64,000 nt of DNA from Geopsychrobacteraceae bacterium (GTDB taxonomy: Bacteria > Desulfobacterota > Desulfuromonadia > Desulfuromonadales > Geopsychrobacteraceae): the NCBI GenBank assembly GCA_963662315.1, contig OY759353.1, positions 1,440,001 to 1,504,000 of the forward strand. Direction: 5' to 3'. The position numbers and the translations under genes are program-made. This document shows positions 29,173 through 39,909 of the stretch, in pieces. The notes beneath the pieces were generated by a model, which saw only the letters and a program-made list of their open reading frames with translations, had not been told where the DNA came from and ran no database searches. Positions within the stretch are counted from its first letter, which is position 1. Each line of letters begins with the position of its first letter.

Positions 29173-29369
29173 ATCGGTATCTCCTGTAGTAAATGGCACT
29201 TTTCCAAGTAAAGTTCAACCTCACAAAAACCTCATGGAATATAGCCATTGAACTATAAAGTAACACAGCACCACAGTCAACAAAGACCCCAAAGGATTTA
29301 CGCAATATTCATGACAACATCAGCAACTTAATTATGAAGAGATGATTTAATGAGAAGAAGGACAAAACA

Positions 29370-29398
29370 GCCGCAGAGAATAATGTTCTCTGCGGCTC
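29370..29398 (-). terminator. Terminator of the Gly-rich protein gene
   Basis: AGCCGCAGAGAA-TAATG-TTCTCTGCGGCT perfect 12-bp stem, followed on the minus strand by GTTTT. Confidence 0.7.
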
Positions 29399-29427
29399 TT
29401 AAATCAACGCCTTTTACAGACGGAAAC

Positions 29428-29832
29428 TCAGGGGTTAGTCGTATCGTCGGTTGGCTCCGACGCATCATCACGCAACTGATTGACACGTTCCTGATATTGA
29501 TGAGAGTATTGATTCATCTCTTGAGACTCTGCCCGAACCTGATTCATTTCCATATGGGTCGCAGTATTGGCTTCACCTGCAGAAGCTCCACCATTACCGT
29601 TTCCACCACCAGAGTCGCTGCCATTTCCACCACCGGAGTCGCTGCCGTTTCCACCACCGGAGTCGCTGCCGTTTCCACCACCGGAGTCGCTGCCACCGTT
29701 ACCTCCTCCGCCTCTGGCAAAGGCGAGCGTTGATATCACTCCTCCTTTGCCCAGGTCAAAGGTAAATGGGCTCAAGACCAAAGCAATAATCAACGCAATA
29801 ATCAAAGACCTGCCACATAGCATCGTTTTCAT
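29428..29832 (-). CDS. Exported Gly-rich repeat protein
   Basis: AAGGAGG RBS, hydrophobic N-terminus, AFA motif before the repeats, (DSGGGNGS)n, and a Gln-rich C-terminus. Confidence 0.75.
   Translation of the reverse strand: MKTMLCGRSLIIALIIALVLSPFTFDLGKGGVISTLAFARGGGGNGGSDSGGGNGSDSGGGNGSDSGGGNGSDSGGGNGNGGASAGEANTATHMEMNQVRAESQEMNQYSHQYQERVNQLRDDASEPTDDTTNP
29597..29692. repeat. Four tandem 24-bp repeats (in-frame VNTR)
   Basis: CCGTTTCCACCACCGGAGTCGCTG x4. Units 1 and 2 each carry one substitution; units 3 and 4 are identical. Confidence 0.95.
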
Positions 29833-29910
29833 TTTTTCCTCCTTTAGATAGAACGCTGGAATTAGCGCGGTCACTAATAACAACGCCCCAAGAGGAAAAC
29901 GGTTGACGCC

Positions 29911-30609
29911 TTATTTACTCTTCAGGAAAAGAACAATCGCCCCTTGTCCACCATAACGCTGCGGTGCGTAGCCCCATTCAGCGATGTCATCCTTACCAAT
30001 CCTGGCAATAACATGCTCGGCTTCATCACGTAACACCGCCTCACCAGACGTGGAATGTAAACCGCGTCCGGTAATGAGCAATAAGGTTTGCCAGCCATGA
30101 TAACGAGCATCCTCTATAAAATGTTTCAGCTTGGGGGCAACATCGGCACACGTCAGACCATGCAGATCAAGGCTTGCATCCGGGGTAATCTTCCCCTGTC
30201 GCAATTGCTTCATGCGCCGTGGCAGAGGTGCTCTCTTTGCTGTCGTTTCCTCTTCGTAATCGGGTTCGCTGAAGCGAACTTCAAGGTCCTGCATCGCAGC
30301 TAAAAACAGTTCATCTCCGGAGAGCGTTTTATCTTCAGGAGGCTCACTGATATCTGCATCCAATAGATCAATAATAGCCTCATCAGCCAAGCCATCATCA
30401 GCGTCAGCATGGATAGGCTTTACCCCAAGCAGGGTCATCTCGTCATGGAAAGAAGCAGGCTTGGACGGTGGAGGAACGGGAATATCGACGGGCTGGCTCG
30501 GCATAAATTTTGGTTTTGACGGATCAGGAACAGAAACCCCCTTCAGTTGGCTGAAGGGGGTACTGGTAAACTCTTTTTTACTAGTTTTTTTTGACTTTTT
30601 ACGTGCCAT
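29911..30609 (-). CDS. Smr/MutS2-family (Smr domain) protein
   Basis: LDLHGL, LLITGRGLHS and GGQGA, with an acidic N-terminal extension. Confidence 0.9.
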   Translation of the reverse strand: MARKKSKKTSKKEFTSTPFSQLKGVSVPDPSKPKFMPSQPVDIPVPPPSKPASFHDEMTLLGVKPIHADADDGLADEAIIDLLDADISEPPEDKTLSGDELFLAAMQDLEVRFSEPDYEEETTAKRAPLPRRMKQLRQGKITPDASLDLHGLTCADVAPKLKHFIEDARYHGWQTLLLITGRGLHSTSGEAVLRDEAEHVIARIGKDDIAEWGYAPQRYGGQGAIVLFLKSK

Positions 30610-30615
30610 TCACAA

Positions 30616-31341
30616 CTACCGTATAACTTGCTTACGACGACCGGTCATGGCTTTCGTTTGTTGTTTAATAATAGCGCCTTGTTTTTCCAGATGAAACTGA
30701 TACCACATATCGCCAAAGCCTTTCATCTTCATGCGTTTACCTGCTTCGAGCAGAGCAACGTTTTCACTCAGACGTTCATCGCCACCGGTCTTCTTGATAC
30801 CGTTTTTCAGGACCTCAATAGCCTGGCTTTTTTCATGAATATGATCGAGGCAAAAAGCATACAGAGCGTAGACCATCGGTTCTTTACGGCTCCCGGCAAT
30901 TGTCTTCTCAAAGGTTTCTTTCATTTTTCCCGGCTTGTTCTTTTTCATGTAACTGATGGCAAGCATCGCCATGGCCGCCCAATGACGCACAAACCCTTTT
31001 TCAAGGTAAGGAATCGCATCGTTAAATTCACGCTTAATATAGTGAATGCTACCAATCTGGGAATTGATCTGTTGCTTGATATAAAACTGCCACAGGTTGT
31101 ATTTCATGGCAGCCTGCAGATCGCGAATCGCTTTTTCACTGCGATTAGCCATAACGTCACGTTGCGCCTGCTGCATGATTTCACCCAGCTTTTTCATAAC
31201 CAGACGAGCAACCAACAGAAAAACAGCAAAAAAGACGACCAGAGCGGCAATACCAACATACCATTGGTTTGTCGTGACAAACCGAATCATCAGAGCTGAG
31301 GTCAGTGCAGAACATGCAAATGAAATAAGAGCATTAAGCAT
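30616..31341 (-). CDS. Membrane-anchored TPR-like protein
   Basis: Two N-terminal TM helices followed by TPR-like helices (AIPYLEK, AIEVLKNG). Start moved to MLNAL. Confidence 0.7.
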   Translation of the reverse strand: MLNALISFACSALTSALMIRFVTTNQWYVGIAALVVFFAVFLLVARLVMKKLGEIMQQAQRDVMANRSEKAIRDLQAAMKYNLWQFYIKQQINSQIGSIHYIKREFNDAIPYLEKGFVRHWAAMAMLAISYMKKNKPGKMKETFEKTIAGSRKEPMVYALYAFCLDHIHEKSQAIEVLKNGIKKTGGDERLSENVALLEAGKRMKMKGFGDMWYQFHLEKQGAIIKQQTKAMTGRRKQVIR

Positions 31342-31522
31342 TAGATTGGATCCTTTAGATACAAAATTGTCATCACCAATAAAAACAAAGCCGATCAAAC
31401 TTGGCGCTGAACTTTAACAATCTGTCAGGAAAATGTCAAAAGAATCGAGAGCCAGTTCGTTGCCATCTGGAAATACCAGACGGCAGTGCGTAAGTCTTCA
31501 GATGAAGGCAAGGACCGAAGGG

Positions 31523-33163
31523 TTACCCCTGCTGACTGGACGCAACCAGTAACGTCAGGGTCTGCCCCGGCTGCAATACATGTTTTTCAGAAAGATCGTT
31601 CCAGCGCAGGATCTGCTCAGTGGCCACATCAAACTGGCGACCGATCCCCCACAGAGTATCTCCCGGAACAACCTTGTAAACAAGCTTTCTGGTTGGCTTT
31701 TGTTTGTTCTTATTGCTGGCGACGCGAACCCTCCCCGGAGTTGAGACGGTCAGCTCCTGCCCGGGTTTGAGCATATTGCTCCACCCAAGTCGATTCCAGA
31801 CCCTGAGTTCTTTTTCTGAAACCCCAAAACGCCGCGCAATAGACCACAAACTATCCCCGGAACGCACTTTGTAGGTTTTTCTGTAGCTGCGAACGTAGAC
31901 ATCTCCATGAACATTCTGGGGTAGCTTGGTATACCCCTCTTTCAGCGGCAGAATAAGATTGGTCCCTATCTGTATTGCGCGGGGATTTTTAATTTTGTTC
32001 AGCGTGATAATATCATCAACCTGAATATGATATTTTTTTGCCAGCCCCAATAACGTATCACCAGATTTCATCTGATAGCGGGAATAACTGGCTCGATCCT
32101 CGACCGGTAACTGAGCATATTGCTCCATGATTTGAACTGCGGTTCCAAAAGGCACATGGAGCTGATAATTCTGTTCACCCGGCGGAGTACACCAGCGCTT
32201 CAATTCGGGATTAAGCTCCCTTAACTGCTCATAACCAATACCAGCATAGTCGGCGATTATTTCCAGATCGGTGGTTGATGGAATTGTGATTGTTTCATAA
32301 TTAAGGGGAGCAGAAAAATCAAGATCGGAAAAGCCATACTGATCAAGATTTTTGACGATATACAGAGTTGCCAGTAACTTGGGAAGATAGTTTTTGGTTT
32401 CCTCGCGCAATACCTTGCCATTCACAAGAGTCCAGAAGTCCCTGCTATTGCTCGCCTTGATTGCTTTGCGGACCTTTCCTCCACCAGCATTATAAGCAGC
32501 CACAGCGAGATACCAGTCACCGTCAAAACGATCATGCAGATATTTCAAATACCGCGCTGCCGCGTGAGTTGATTTTTCCAGATCAAGGCGACTGTCCAGC
32601 CACCAGTTATTTTTCAGACCGTATAGACGCCCGGTCTGTTCAATAAACTGCCAGGGTCCGGCAGCATTCGCCCAACTGTATGCCCTGACATTGAACCCGG
32701 ATTCGATCATCGCCAGATAGGCAAGATCAAGAGGGATCCCTTCGCTGGCAAACACCATCTGGATTTTGGGAATATAACGCCCTGAACGTTCCAGCCAGCG
32801 CGAAAAAGTTTGGCGTTGCGCTCCAGTATAAAGCTTGATCAGCTTATCAACCCGTTGATGAGTGCTTAAAGGGAAATCATCGTGATAAGGGACACTGCGC
32901 TCATCATCAAGGTAGGCGCCGACCGCCTCCGGCAGATCCGGAATTCCCGGCAGCAGGTAGGTTGTGCTGGTAACCGGCTCCTCGTCTGCGACAGCTTCAG
33001 TTACAGCCGAGCCACATGTCTCTTCCGGCGCAACCGGCTGAAGAACGCAGGGAGCGGACAACTCAGATTCTGTCTTGCCTATCTGCTCGCTTACCTGCGG
33101 CACCCGCAATTGGCAACCGGCGATCAACAGGAGTAAAAATAAAAATTTTATAATTCGTAGCAT
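31523..33163 (-). CDS. mltD: Membrane-bound lytic transglycosylase D (SLT domain + three LysM), lipoprotein
   Basis: Lipobox IAGC, AMIESGF, GPWQFI, AAYNAG, ETKNYLPK, and three GDTL/GDSL LysM repeats. Confidence 0.9.
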   Translation of the reverse strand: MLRIIKFLFLLLLIAGCQLRVPQVSEQIGKTESELSAPCVLQPVAPEETCGSAVTEAVADEEPVTSTTYLLPGIPDLPEAVGAYLDDERSVPYHDDFPLSTHQRVDKLIKLYTGAQRQTFSRWLERSGRYIPKIQMVFASEGIPLDLAYLAMIESGFNVRAYSWANAAGPWQFIEQTGRLYGLKNNWWLDSRLDLEKSTHAAARYLKYLHDRFDGDWYLAVAAYNAGGGKVRKAIKASNSRDFWTLVNGKVLREETKNYLPKLLATLYIVKNLDQYGFSDLDFSAPLNYETITIPSTTDLEIIADYAGIGYEQLRELNPELKRWCTPPGEQNYQLHVPFGTAVQIMEQYAQLPVEDRASYSRYQMKSGDTLLGLAKKYHIQVDDIITLNKIKNPRAIQIGTNLILPLKEGYTKLPQNVHGDVYVRSYRKTYKVRSGDSLWSIARRFGVSEKELRVWNRLGWSNMLKPGQELTVSTPGRVRVASNKNKQKPTRKLVYKVVPGDTLWGIGRQFDVATEQILRWNDLSEKHVLQPGQTLTLLVASSQQG

Positions 33164-33224
33164 GCACGACCTCCAGGTCGTTGTCTCTTTTATTGGAACT
33201 TTCTTATGCTTATCCGTTCGAAAG

Positions 33225-34898
33225 TTACCGGATTACCTCATCATTGTCAAGTTTGCAGAAATCCGCCAGAAGTTCATCCTCTTCAGGCCAGAACCGCTGC
33301 TGCATTTCAGCCATCAAGGGGGTGAAGCTCTTGCGGTCAAAAGCGGAAACGGCAATGGCATTATAACGACGGCATAAATGGGGCACATCCTCAGCCGGGA
33401 CCTGGTCTATCTTGTTAAACACCAGCAGCCGTTGCTGCTTGCCCAGCTCCAGATCATCCAGAATGCGATCAACCGCAGTTATCTGTTCATCAAAGCGTGG
33501 ATTGGACAGGTCAACCAGGTGCAGCAGAAGATCAGCATCTTCCAGTTCTTCAAGCGTAGCCTTGAAGGCACCGACCAGACTGGCGGGCAAATCGCGGATA
33601 AAACCGACGGTATCGGTAATGATGACCTCGCGCTCCATGGGAAAACGCAAACGCCTGGTGGACGTATCGAGGGTCGCAAACAGCAGGTTTTCAGTGAAAA
33701 CGTCACTCTGGGTCAAGGCATTTAGCAGCGTAGATTTTCCGGCATTGGTATATCCGACAATAGAGACAATCGGCACTCCGGCCCTGACCCGTTTCTGACG
33801 ACGTTGCTTCCGTCCACGCTCCAGTTCGTCGAGCTGCTTTTCCAGACGACGAATTTTATCCCGGGTGCGACGCCGGTCGATTTCCAGCTTGGTTTCACCG
33901 GGACCGCGTCCGCCGATCCCGCCGGCCAAGCGCGACAATGCCGTCCCTTTGCCGGACAGACGCGGCATAATATAGCGCAGCTGGGCTAATTCGACCTGCA
34001 CCTTACCATCACGCGACTGAGCCCGGCGGGCAAAAATATCAAGAATCAGCTGGGTCCGGTCGATAACCTTCATCTCGGTAATTTCAGAAATGGAACGCAC
34101 CTGGGTCGGGGTCAGATCCTGATCAAACACCAGTAGCGTCGCCCGGCGTTGCAGAGCATTGATAATAATCTCACGCAACTTACCTTCCCCAACCAGAAAC
34201 CGCGGATGGAACTTACGCGGCCGCTGGATAACCTTATCTATAACGGAAAGGTCAGCGGTACGAGCCAGTTCTTCCAGTTCGTCAAGGGAATCTTCCACTT
34301 CTTTGCGAGTCCCCTGACCAACAGTAATCAACAGGGCCCGTTCGCGCCCTTCATCAAGAACCACCGTCTCTTCGGCGACATCTTCCATTTCCTGATCAAG
34401 GGCTCTGATAAAGGCCGGAAAATCAAGGTCAAGACTATAGAAATCGCGTAAGTCAACGGTTTCGATCTGTGCCGTTTTTTCTGTTGGCATCAGGTGCGCG
34501 TAGATCAGGCGTCCGGGCAGACCATCTTCACGCACCCCGATAGCGACCATGGCGTCAAGGCGTAGCAGTTCAAGGTCAGTCAGGTCGTCACGACTTAATG
34601 GTTCCTGTTTGAGGTGGGTATGAATACAACGCAGCCCGCGCAACCCGCTACGCCCCAGGCTGAAACCAGATAAGTCAGGGATGACGATTTCGCGATCATC
34701 CCCGACGATAACATACTGAATGGTTCCGGCCCGGTCGATGATCAGACCAATCTGACGCTGAATGTCATGGGACAATTCGGTGATGTAACGGGCCAATTCG
34801 CTGGTGATCAACTCACTGGCAGCGATTTTGCGGCGATAAATGCGCTCAAGGGCCTTTATGTGACTGGCTTTAAGACCTGTAATTTTACCTTCGATCAT
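33225..34898 (-). CDS. hflX: GTPase HflX (long form with N-terminal extension)
   Basis: DRTQLILDIFA, GGRGPGETKLE, GYTNAGKS, LFATLD, DTVGF and NKID. Confidence 0.95.
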   Translation of the reverse strand: MIEGKITGLKASHIKALERIYRRKIAASELITSELARYITELSHDIQRQIGLIIDRAGTIQYVIVGDDREIVIPDLSGFSLGRSGLRGLRCIHTHLKQEPLSRDDLTDLELLRLDAMVAIGVREDGLPGRLIYAHLMPTEKTAQIETVDLRDFYSLDLDFPAFIRALDQEMEDVAEETVVLDEGRERALLITVGQGTRKEVEDSLDELEELARTADLSVIDKVIQRPRKFHPRFLVGEGKLREIIINALQRRATLLVFDQDLTPTQVRSISEITEMKVIDRTQLILDIFARRAQSRDGKVQVELAQLRYIMPRLSGKGTALSRLAGGIGGRGPGETKLEIDRRRTRDKIRRLEKQLDELERGRKQRRQKRVRAGVPIVSIVGYTNAGKSTLLNALTQSDVFTENLLFATLDTSTRRLRFPMEREVIITDTVGFIRDLPASLVGAFKATLEELEDADLLLHLVDLSNPRFDEQITAVDRILDDLELGKQQRLLVFNKIDQVPAEDVPHLCRRYNAIAVSAFDRKSFTPLMAEMQQRFWPEEDELLADFCKLDNDEVIR

Positions 34899-34916
34899 TC
34901 ATTTATCCGATAATGA

Positions 34917-34941
34917 AAAGGGCCCCAGTACGGGGCCCTTT
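34917..34941. terminator. Hairpin between fabI and hflX
   Basis: AAAGGGCCCC-AGTAC-GGGGCCCTTT. Confidence 0.7.
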
Positions 34942-35027
34942 AAGTCATACAAGAGGTGACTTTTATCCCGCCTTTTACTGATTCAGCAAGCCTGAATCAG
35001 AACCAGACAGGGGGAAAACGGTTCATA

Positions 35028-35792
35028 TTATCCGGCAACGCTGAAACCACAATCGACATAGTGGATTTCACCGGTTACACCACTTGCCAGATCGGAAAGC
35101 AGATAAAGAGTGGCCTTACCAACTTCGTCCTGATGAACAAGTCGTTTCAGAGGAGCACGGTCTTCAGCAACTTTGAGCTTGTCCTTGAAACTTGCGATGC
35201 CGGAAGCGGCCAGAGTTTTGATGGGGCCTGCGGAAACGGCATTGACACGAATACCCTGCTCACCCAATTCAGCAGCCAGATAGCGTACGGAAGATTCAAG
35301 GGCGGCCTTGGCAACGCCCATGACATTATACTGAGGAACAGCGCGTACGGCACCGAGATAGGTCATGGTGACAATCGCAGCGCCTTCATTCAGGACCGGC
35401 AGAGCACAGCGGGTCATGGAAACCAGCGAATAAGCGCTGATATCGAGAGCCAGCTGGAATCCTTCACGACTGGTCTGGCTGAACGGCTGCTTCAAATCTT
35501 CACGGTTGGCAAAAGCAACGGCGTGGACAACAAAATCGACCTTGCCCCATTGTTTTTCCAATTCGGAAAAAACGGCGACCATCTCTTCTTCATTCTGCAC
35601 ATCACAAGGCAGAATGATTGTAGAATCAAGGCTTTCAGCCAGTGGCCGCACACGTTTTTCAAGTGCTTCATTCAGGTAGGTAAATGCGAGCTCCGCCCCG
35701 GCTGCACGCAATTGTTGAGCGATACCCCAGGCAATACTTTTATCGTTGGCAACTCCAAAGATAATGCCCTTTTTTCCGGTCATCAGTCCCAT
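35028..35792 (-). CDS. fabI: Enoyl-ACP reductase
   Basis: GVANDKSIAWGIA, YNVMGVAKAALE, SAGPIKTLAA and GEIHYVD. Start MGLMTG follows AAGGAG. Confidence 0.95.
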   Translation of the reverse strand: MGLMTGKKGIIFGVANDKSIAWGIAQQLRAAGAELAFTYLNEALEKRVRPLAESLDSTIILPCDVQNEEEMVAVFSELEKQWGKVDFVVHAVAFANREDLKQPFSQTSREGFQLALDISAYSLVSMTRCALPVLNEGAAIVTMTYLGAVRAVPQYNVMGVAKAALESSVRYLAAELGEQGIRVNAVSAGPIKTLAASGIASFKDKLKVAEDRAPLKRLVHQDEVGKATLYLLSDLASGVTGEIHYVDCGFSVAG

Positions 35793-35983
35793 AATTGAAT
35801 TATCTCCTTGATAAAATACAATACTAAAAGTGGTTGAACGGTCTTTTTTATCAAAAGAGACTGAATAAGGCAAGAAATGATGAATTTCCCCAGCTTTGTT
35901 ATATTATTATTGGTTCCCTCCCTAGGCATAAAATTTGGAATCTATTAGACTAACTAAAATTCAAAAATCAACAGGAGTACTCA

Positions 35984-37393
35984 ATGAAACAGACACTTTA
36001 CGACAAGTTGTGGAGTAACCATGTCGTCACTGAAGACGACAACGGCACCTGTCTGCTCTATATCGATCGTCAACTATTACATGAAGTCACCTCTCCCCAG
36101 GCTTTTGAGGGGCTGCGCTTGGCGGGCCGTAAGCCATGGCGTATCGATGCCAACCTGGCGGTTTCCGATCACAATGTCCCGACCGACAACCGCGCGGCCG
36201 GCATCAGTGATCCAGTTTCCCGCCTACAGGTCGAAACCCTGGAAAAAAACTGTGAAGAATTCGGCATCACCATTTTTAAAATGGATGATATCCGCCAGGG
36301 TATCGTTCACGTTATCGGTCCGGAACAAGGAGCAACTCTGCCCGGCATGACCATTGTCTGCGGCGATTCCCACACCGCCACTCACGGTGCCTTCGGTGCC
36401 CTCGCCTTCGGGATCGGCACCTCCGAAGTGGAACACGTTCTGGCGACCCAATGCCTGATTCAGAAAAAATCAAAAAGCATGCTGATTGAAGTTGAGGGGG
36501 AATTGCCTGCTGGATTGACTGCCAAGGATATTGTCCTGGCAATTATCGGTCGTATCGGTACAGCGGGCGGCACCGGTTATACCCTTGAGTTTGGTGGCAG
36601 CACCATCCGCAGTCTGTCGATGGAAGGGCGTATGACCATCTGCAATATGGCTATTGAAGCTGGTGCTCGGGCTGGAATTATTGGTGTGGACCAGACCACT
36701 ATTGACTATCTTAAGGGACGCCCGTTTGCTCCGAAAGGAGCAGAGTGGGATCAGGCAGTTGCCTACTGGCAGACTTTACGAACCGATCCGGGTGCAGAAT
36801 TTGACAAAGTGGTTCGCATCTCCGCCGAAGATCTGTTGCCGCAGGTGACCTGGGGCACTTCTCCCGAAATGGTGATCACGATTGATGACAAGATTCCCGA
36901 TCCAGCCCAAGAGGCTGATGAGACCAAACGGGCCGGCATGCAGGCCGCGCTGGACTACATGGGGCTTGAAGCAGGCACCCCGATCAGCGAAATATACCCT
37001 GACAAAATTTTCATCGGTTCCTGCACCAACGGTCGTATTGAAGATTTGCGAGCGGTCGCATCAGTCGTTAAAGGGCGTAAAATCGCTGGGAACATCAAAC
37101 AGGCCCTGATTGTTCCTGGTTCAGGCCTGGTACGCCAGATGGCGGAAGAGGAAGGGCTCGACAAAATATTTATTGAGGCTGGTTTTGAATGGCGGGAGCC
37201 TGGCTGTTCCATGTGCCTGGCGATGAATAACGATCGGCTCGCTCCGGGGGAACGCTGCGCATCGACATCAAACCGCAATTTTGAAGGACGTCAGGGCCAG
37301 GGAGGCCGGACTCACCTGGTCAGCCCCGCCATGGCCGCAGCTGCGGCTGTGACCGGTCATTTCGTCGATGTTCGCCAGATGGAGGTGCAATAA
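35984..37393 (+). CDS. leuC: 3-isopropylmalate dehydratase large subunit
   Basis: [32 protein letters not shown] and [12 protein letters not shown]. Confidence 0.97.
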   Translation: MKQTLYDKLWSNHVVTEDDNGTCLLYIDRQLLHEVTSPQAFEGLRLAGRKPWRIDANLAVSDHNVPTDNRAAGISDPVSRLQVETLEKNCEEFGITIFKMDDIRQGIVHVIGPEQGATLPGMTIVCGDSHTATHGAFGALAFGIGTSEVEHVLATQCLIQKKSKSMLIEVEGELPAGLTAKDIVLAIIGRIGTAGGTGYTLEFGGSTIRSLSMEGRMTICNMAIEAGARAGIIGVDQTTIDYLKGRPFAPKGAEWDQAVAYWQTLRTDPGAEFDKVVRISAEDLLPQVTWGTSPEMVITIDDKIPDPAQEADETKRAGMQAALDYMGLEAGTPISEIYPDKIFIGSCTNGRIEDLRAVASVVKGRKIAGNIKQALIVPGSGLVRQMAEEEGLDKIFIEAGFEWREPGCSMCLAMNNDRLAPGERCASTSNRNFEGRQGQGGRTHLVSPAMAAAAAVTGHFVDVRQMEVQ

Positions 37394-38034
37394 TGGAAAA
37401 ATTCGTAACCTTTAGCGGTCTGGTCGCTCCCCTTGACCGGGCCAATGTCGATACCGATGCAATTATTCCCAAACAGTTTCTCAAGTCAATCAAGCGTACC
37501 GGTTTCGGGCCCTACCTGTTTGATGAATGGCGTTACCTGGACCAGGGTGAACCCGATATGGATTGCAGCAACCGGCCGCGAAATCCCGATTTTGTTCTGA
37601 ACCTGCCCCGCTATCAGGGGAGTCAAATCCTGCTGGCCCGAAAAAACTTCGGTTGTGGGTCATCCCGCGAACATGCCCCCTGGGCTCTTCTGGGCTACGG
37701 CTTTAAAGTCATCATCGCGCCGAGCTTCGCCGATATCTTTTTCAACAACTGCTTCAAAAACGGCATCCTGCCTATCGCCCTTTCAGAACCGCAGGTTGAT
37801 GAACTTTTTACTGCAGTTGCTAGCCAGGAAGGTTATCAGCTCACCGTCAACCTGCATGAGCAGATTATTATCACTCCGGCAGGTAAAACCTACACCTTTG
37901 ACATTGATTCGTTCCGCAAGCACTGTCTGATTAACGGCCTGGACGATATTGGCCTGACATTAGAAAAGGTCGATACCATTGAAGCGTTCGAAAAGCAACG
38001 GCGCGACTCCCAACCCTGGTTATTTCAACGTTGA
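37393..38034 (+). CDS. leuD: 3-isopropylmalate dehydratase small subunit
   Basis: [34 protein letters not shown] and [13 protein letters not shown] overlap with leuC. Confidence 0.97.
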   Translation: MEKFVTFSGLVAPLDRANVDTDAIIPKQFLKSIKRTGFGPYLFDEWRYLDQGEPDMDCSNRPRNPDFVLNLPRYQGSQILLARKNFGCGSSREHAPWALLGYGFKVIIAPSFADIFFNNCFKNGILPIALSEPQVDELFTAVASQEGYQLTVNLHEQIIITPAGKTYTFDIDSFRKHCLINGLDDIGLTLEKVDTIEAFEKQRRDSQPWLFQR

Positions 38035-38090
38035 AATCCCTTCCCGGCCAGGCAGGTAAGAGGAGTAGGCCATTGGATCAGCAAACGACA

Positions 38091-38123
38091 AAAGGCGAAG
38101 CGGAGCAAATCCGCTTCGCCTTT
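38091..38123 (+). terminator. leuCD terminator
   Basis: AAAGGCGAAGCGGA-GCAAA-TCCGCTTCGCCTTT. Confidence 0.75.
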
Positions 38124-38376
38124 AGACCTATACCAGAGCTAAAGGCCTCCGGCAGAGCTCTTTTGGACTCAGCACGGAGGTAACTGCTCTTGGTCTGAAT
38201 ATGTCTTCATATACACTCTCACCTTCTATCTAAAAATTCTGACCCGTATTACCATACTCAATCGTTCTGGGAACAAACAAAAATAGGCCATATCTTCATG
38301 GCAATAATTGATAACCAGGACTTATACTGCTAATGATCTGAACGGAAAAGTTATCATCAGTTTAAAAGGGAGCGTG

Positions 38377-39909
38377 ATGGCAAAACGTAGCGGCAGCAGT
38401 CTCAGCAAATCATTAATTCTGAAAGGGCTTCAGTGCCCGAAAGCATTATGGCTGAGTAAAAATCCACCGGATTTTGAATTACCACCGCACCCTGATCGGG
38501 AAGCCAAGTTCACAGCCGGAACAGATGTCGGCGTCCTGGCCCGGCAACTCTTCCCTGGCGGCGTTGAAGTCCCTTATGAAGGGCTGTCATTTCCTGTCCA
38601 ATTGGCCAGAACCAAAGAACTGATTGGGCAGGGAGCAGAAATCATCTACGAAGCCAGCTTTTCATTTTCAGCTATTTTTGTAAAAGCCGATATTCTGGTG
38701 CGTAGTCACAACGGCTGGCAGCTTCATGAAGTAAAAATGGGAACCAGTGTGAAACCGGTCAATCTGGATGATGTCGCGATTCAGCATTATGTCCTGAATG
38801 GCTGTGATCTGAAAATCACCAATGACTTTCTCGCCCATATCAACACTGACTATATCCGTCAGGGCGATATCGATGTCCAGCAGCTGTTTACCACAGAAGA
38901 TATCACCGCCAAAGTCATGGCACGTCTGCACAGCCTGCCTGAAATCGTTCAGGAATGCCGCCAGACACTGGCAGAGCATCACGAACCATGCATCCAGATC
39001 GGACCCCAGTGCCATACGCCCTATGAATGTGAATTTGTCCCTTACTGTTGGCAGCACATTCCACAACCTTCCATTTTCGATCTGCACGGCAAAGGAATTG
39101 ATAAATTTGCCCTGTACCGCCAGGGGTATGTCCATTTTTCCGATCTGCCCTTGGAGCTTTTGAGCGCCAGCCAGCACCAGCAGGTTGAGGCAACTCTGCA
39201 GCACGATGATTTTATTGATAGTGATAAAATCAGTGCATTCCTTACCGGTCTCTGGTACCCCATCTGTTTTCTAGAGTTAGCAACCATCAACGCACCAATT
39301 CCTCCGTTTGACGGTGTCAGACCCTATGAGCAGATTCCATTTCAATTTTCGCTTCACGTTCAGCATTGCCGGGGGGCGGAGCCTGAGCATCACAAGTTTC
39401 TGGCCGATCCGGGTAGCGATCCTCGCGTGCAACTGGTAGAGAATCTCCTGTCGACCATTCCAGAACAAGCCTGCGTTCTTACCTACAATCAGAGTTTTAC
39501 GAAAACCGTTCTATGCAATTTGGCAGAACTGTTTCCTGGCCTGACAACAAAGCTTTTAACCAGGGTTGCGAACATTCGTGACCTTATGGAACCTTTTCAG
39601 CAGTGTCATCTCTATTACTGGCAATTGAATGGCTCCTGTTCCATAAAAAATGTACTATCGGTTCTGGCGCCTGAATTTTCCTGGGCAAATCTGGAAATTT
39701 CCGCTGGCCAAACTGCTCAGCGCGCTTACCTGCAATTAAAGGATCTGCCCGATGCTCGTGGCCGCGAAGTTCTGACCCAAGCCCTGCTTAACTATTGCCG
39801 CCTTGACACTCTTGCCATGGTTGTTATCCTGAACAAACTGATAGAGATCACCGATGCCACGAAGAGATCAACCGAAAACAATAAAGAAGCCAGGACGTTA
39901 GAACCATGA
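38377..39909 (+). CDS. Cas4-like PD-(D/E)XK nuclease fused to a DUF2779 (RNase H-like) domain
   Basis: LSKS...QCPKALWL, E...KADIL...HEVK, AIQHY, C-x5-C-x5-C, then IPPFDGVRPYEQIPFQFSLH and YCRLD. ATG 38377 follows GGGAG. Confidence 0.85.
   Translation: MAKRSGSSLSKSLILKGLQCPKALWLSKNPPDFELPPHPDREAKFTAGTDVGVLARQLFPGGVEVPYEGLSFPVQLARTKELIGQGAEIIYEASFSFSAIFVKADILVRSHNGWQLHEVKMGTSVKPVNLDDVAIQHYVLNGCDLKITNDFLAHINTDYIRQGDIDVQQLFTTEDITAKVMARLHSLPEIVQECRQTLAEHHEPCIQIGPQCHTPYECEFVPYCWQHIPQPSIFDLHGKGIDKFALYRQGYVHFSDLPLELLSASQHQQVEATLQHDDFIDSDKISAFLTGLWYPICFLELATINAPIPPFDGVRPYEQIPFQFSLHVQHCRGAEPEHHKFLADPGSDPRVQLVENLLSTIPEQACVLTYNQSFTKTVLCNLAELFPGLTTKLLTRVANIRDLMEPFQQCHLYYWQLNGSCSIKNVLSVLAPEFSWANLEISAGQTAQRAYLQLKDLPDARGREVLTQALLNYCRLDTLAMVVILNKLIEITDATKRSTENNKEARTLEP

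Noticed and set aside
29597..29692. Repeat as a CRISPR array or RiPP precursor cassette
   Set aside because: There are no spacers, no cas genes and no modification enzymes nearby.
29350..29851. Plus-strand ORFs with STTGVAAV or PPPESLPF repeats
   Set aside because: These are antisense readings of the 24-bp VNTR. The minus-strand frame has the RBS, export signal and terminator.
34956..35798. Long antisense ORFs (this one opposite fabI; also 6368-7093, 30628-31299 and 59653-60348)
   Set aside because: They are shadows of well-supported genes on the other strand and carry no domains.
38377..39909. Cas4-like gene as evidence of a CRISPR-Cas locus
   Set aside because: There is no array, cas1 or cas2 in the window.
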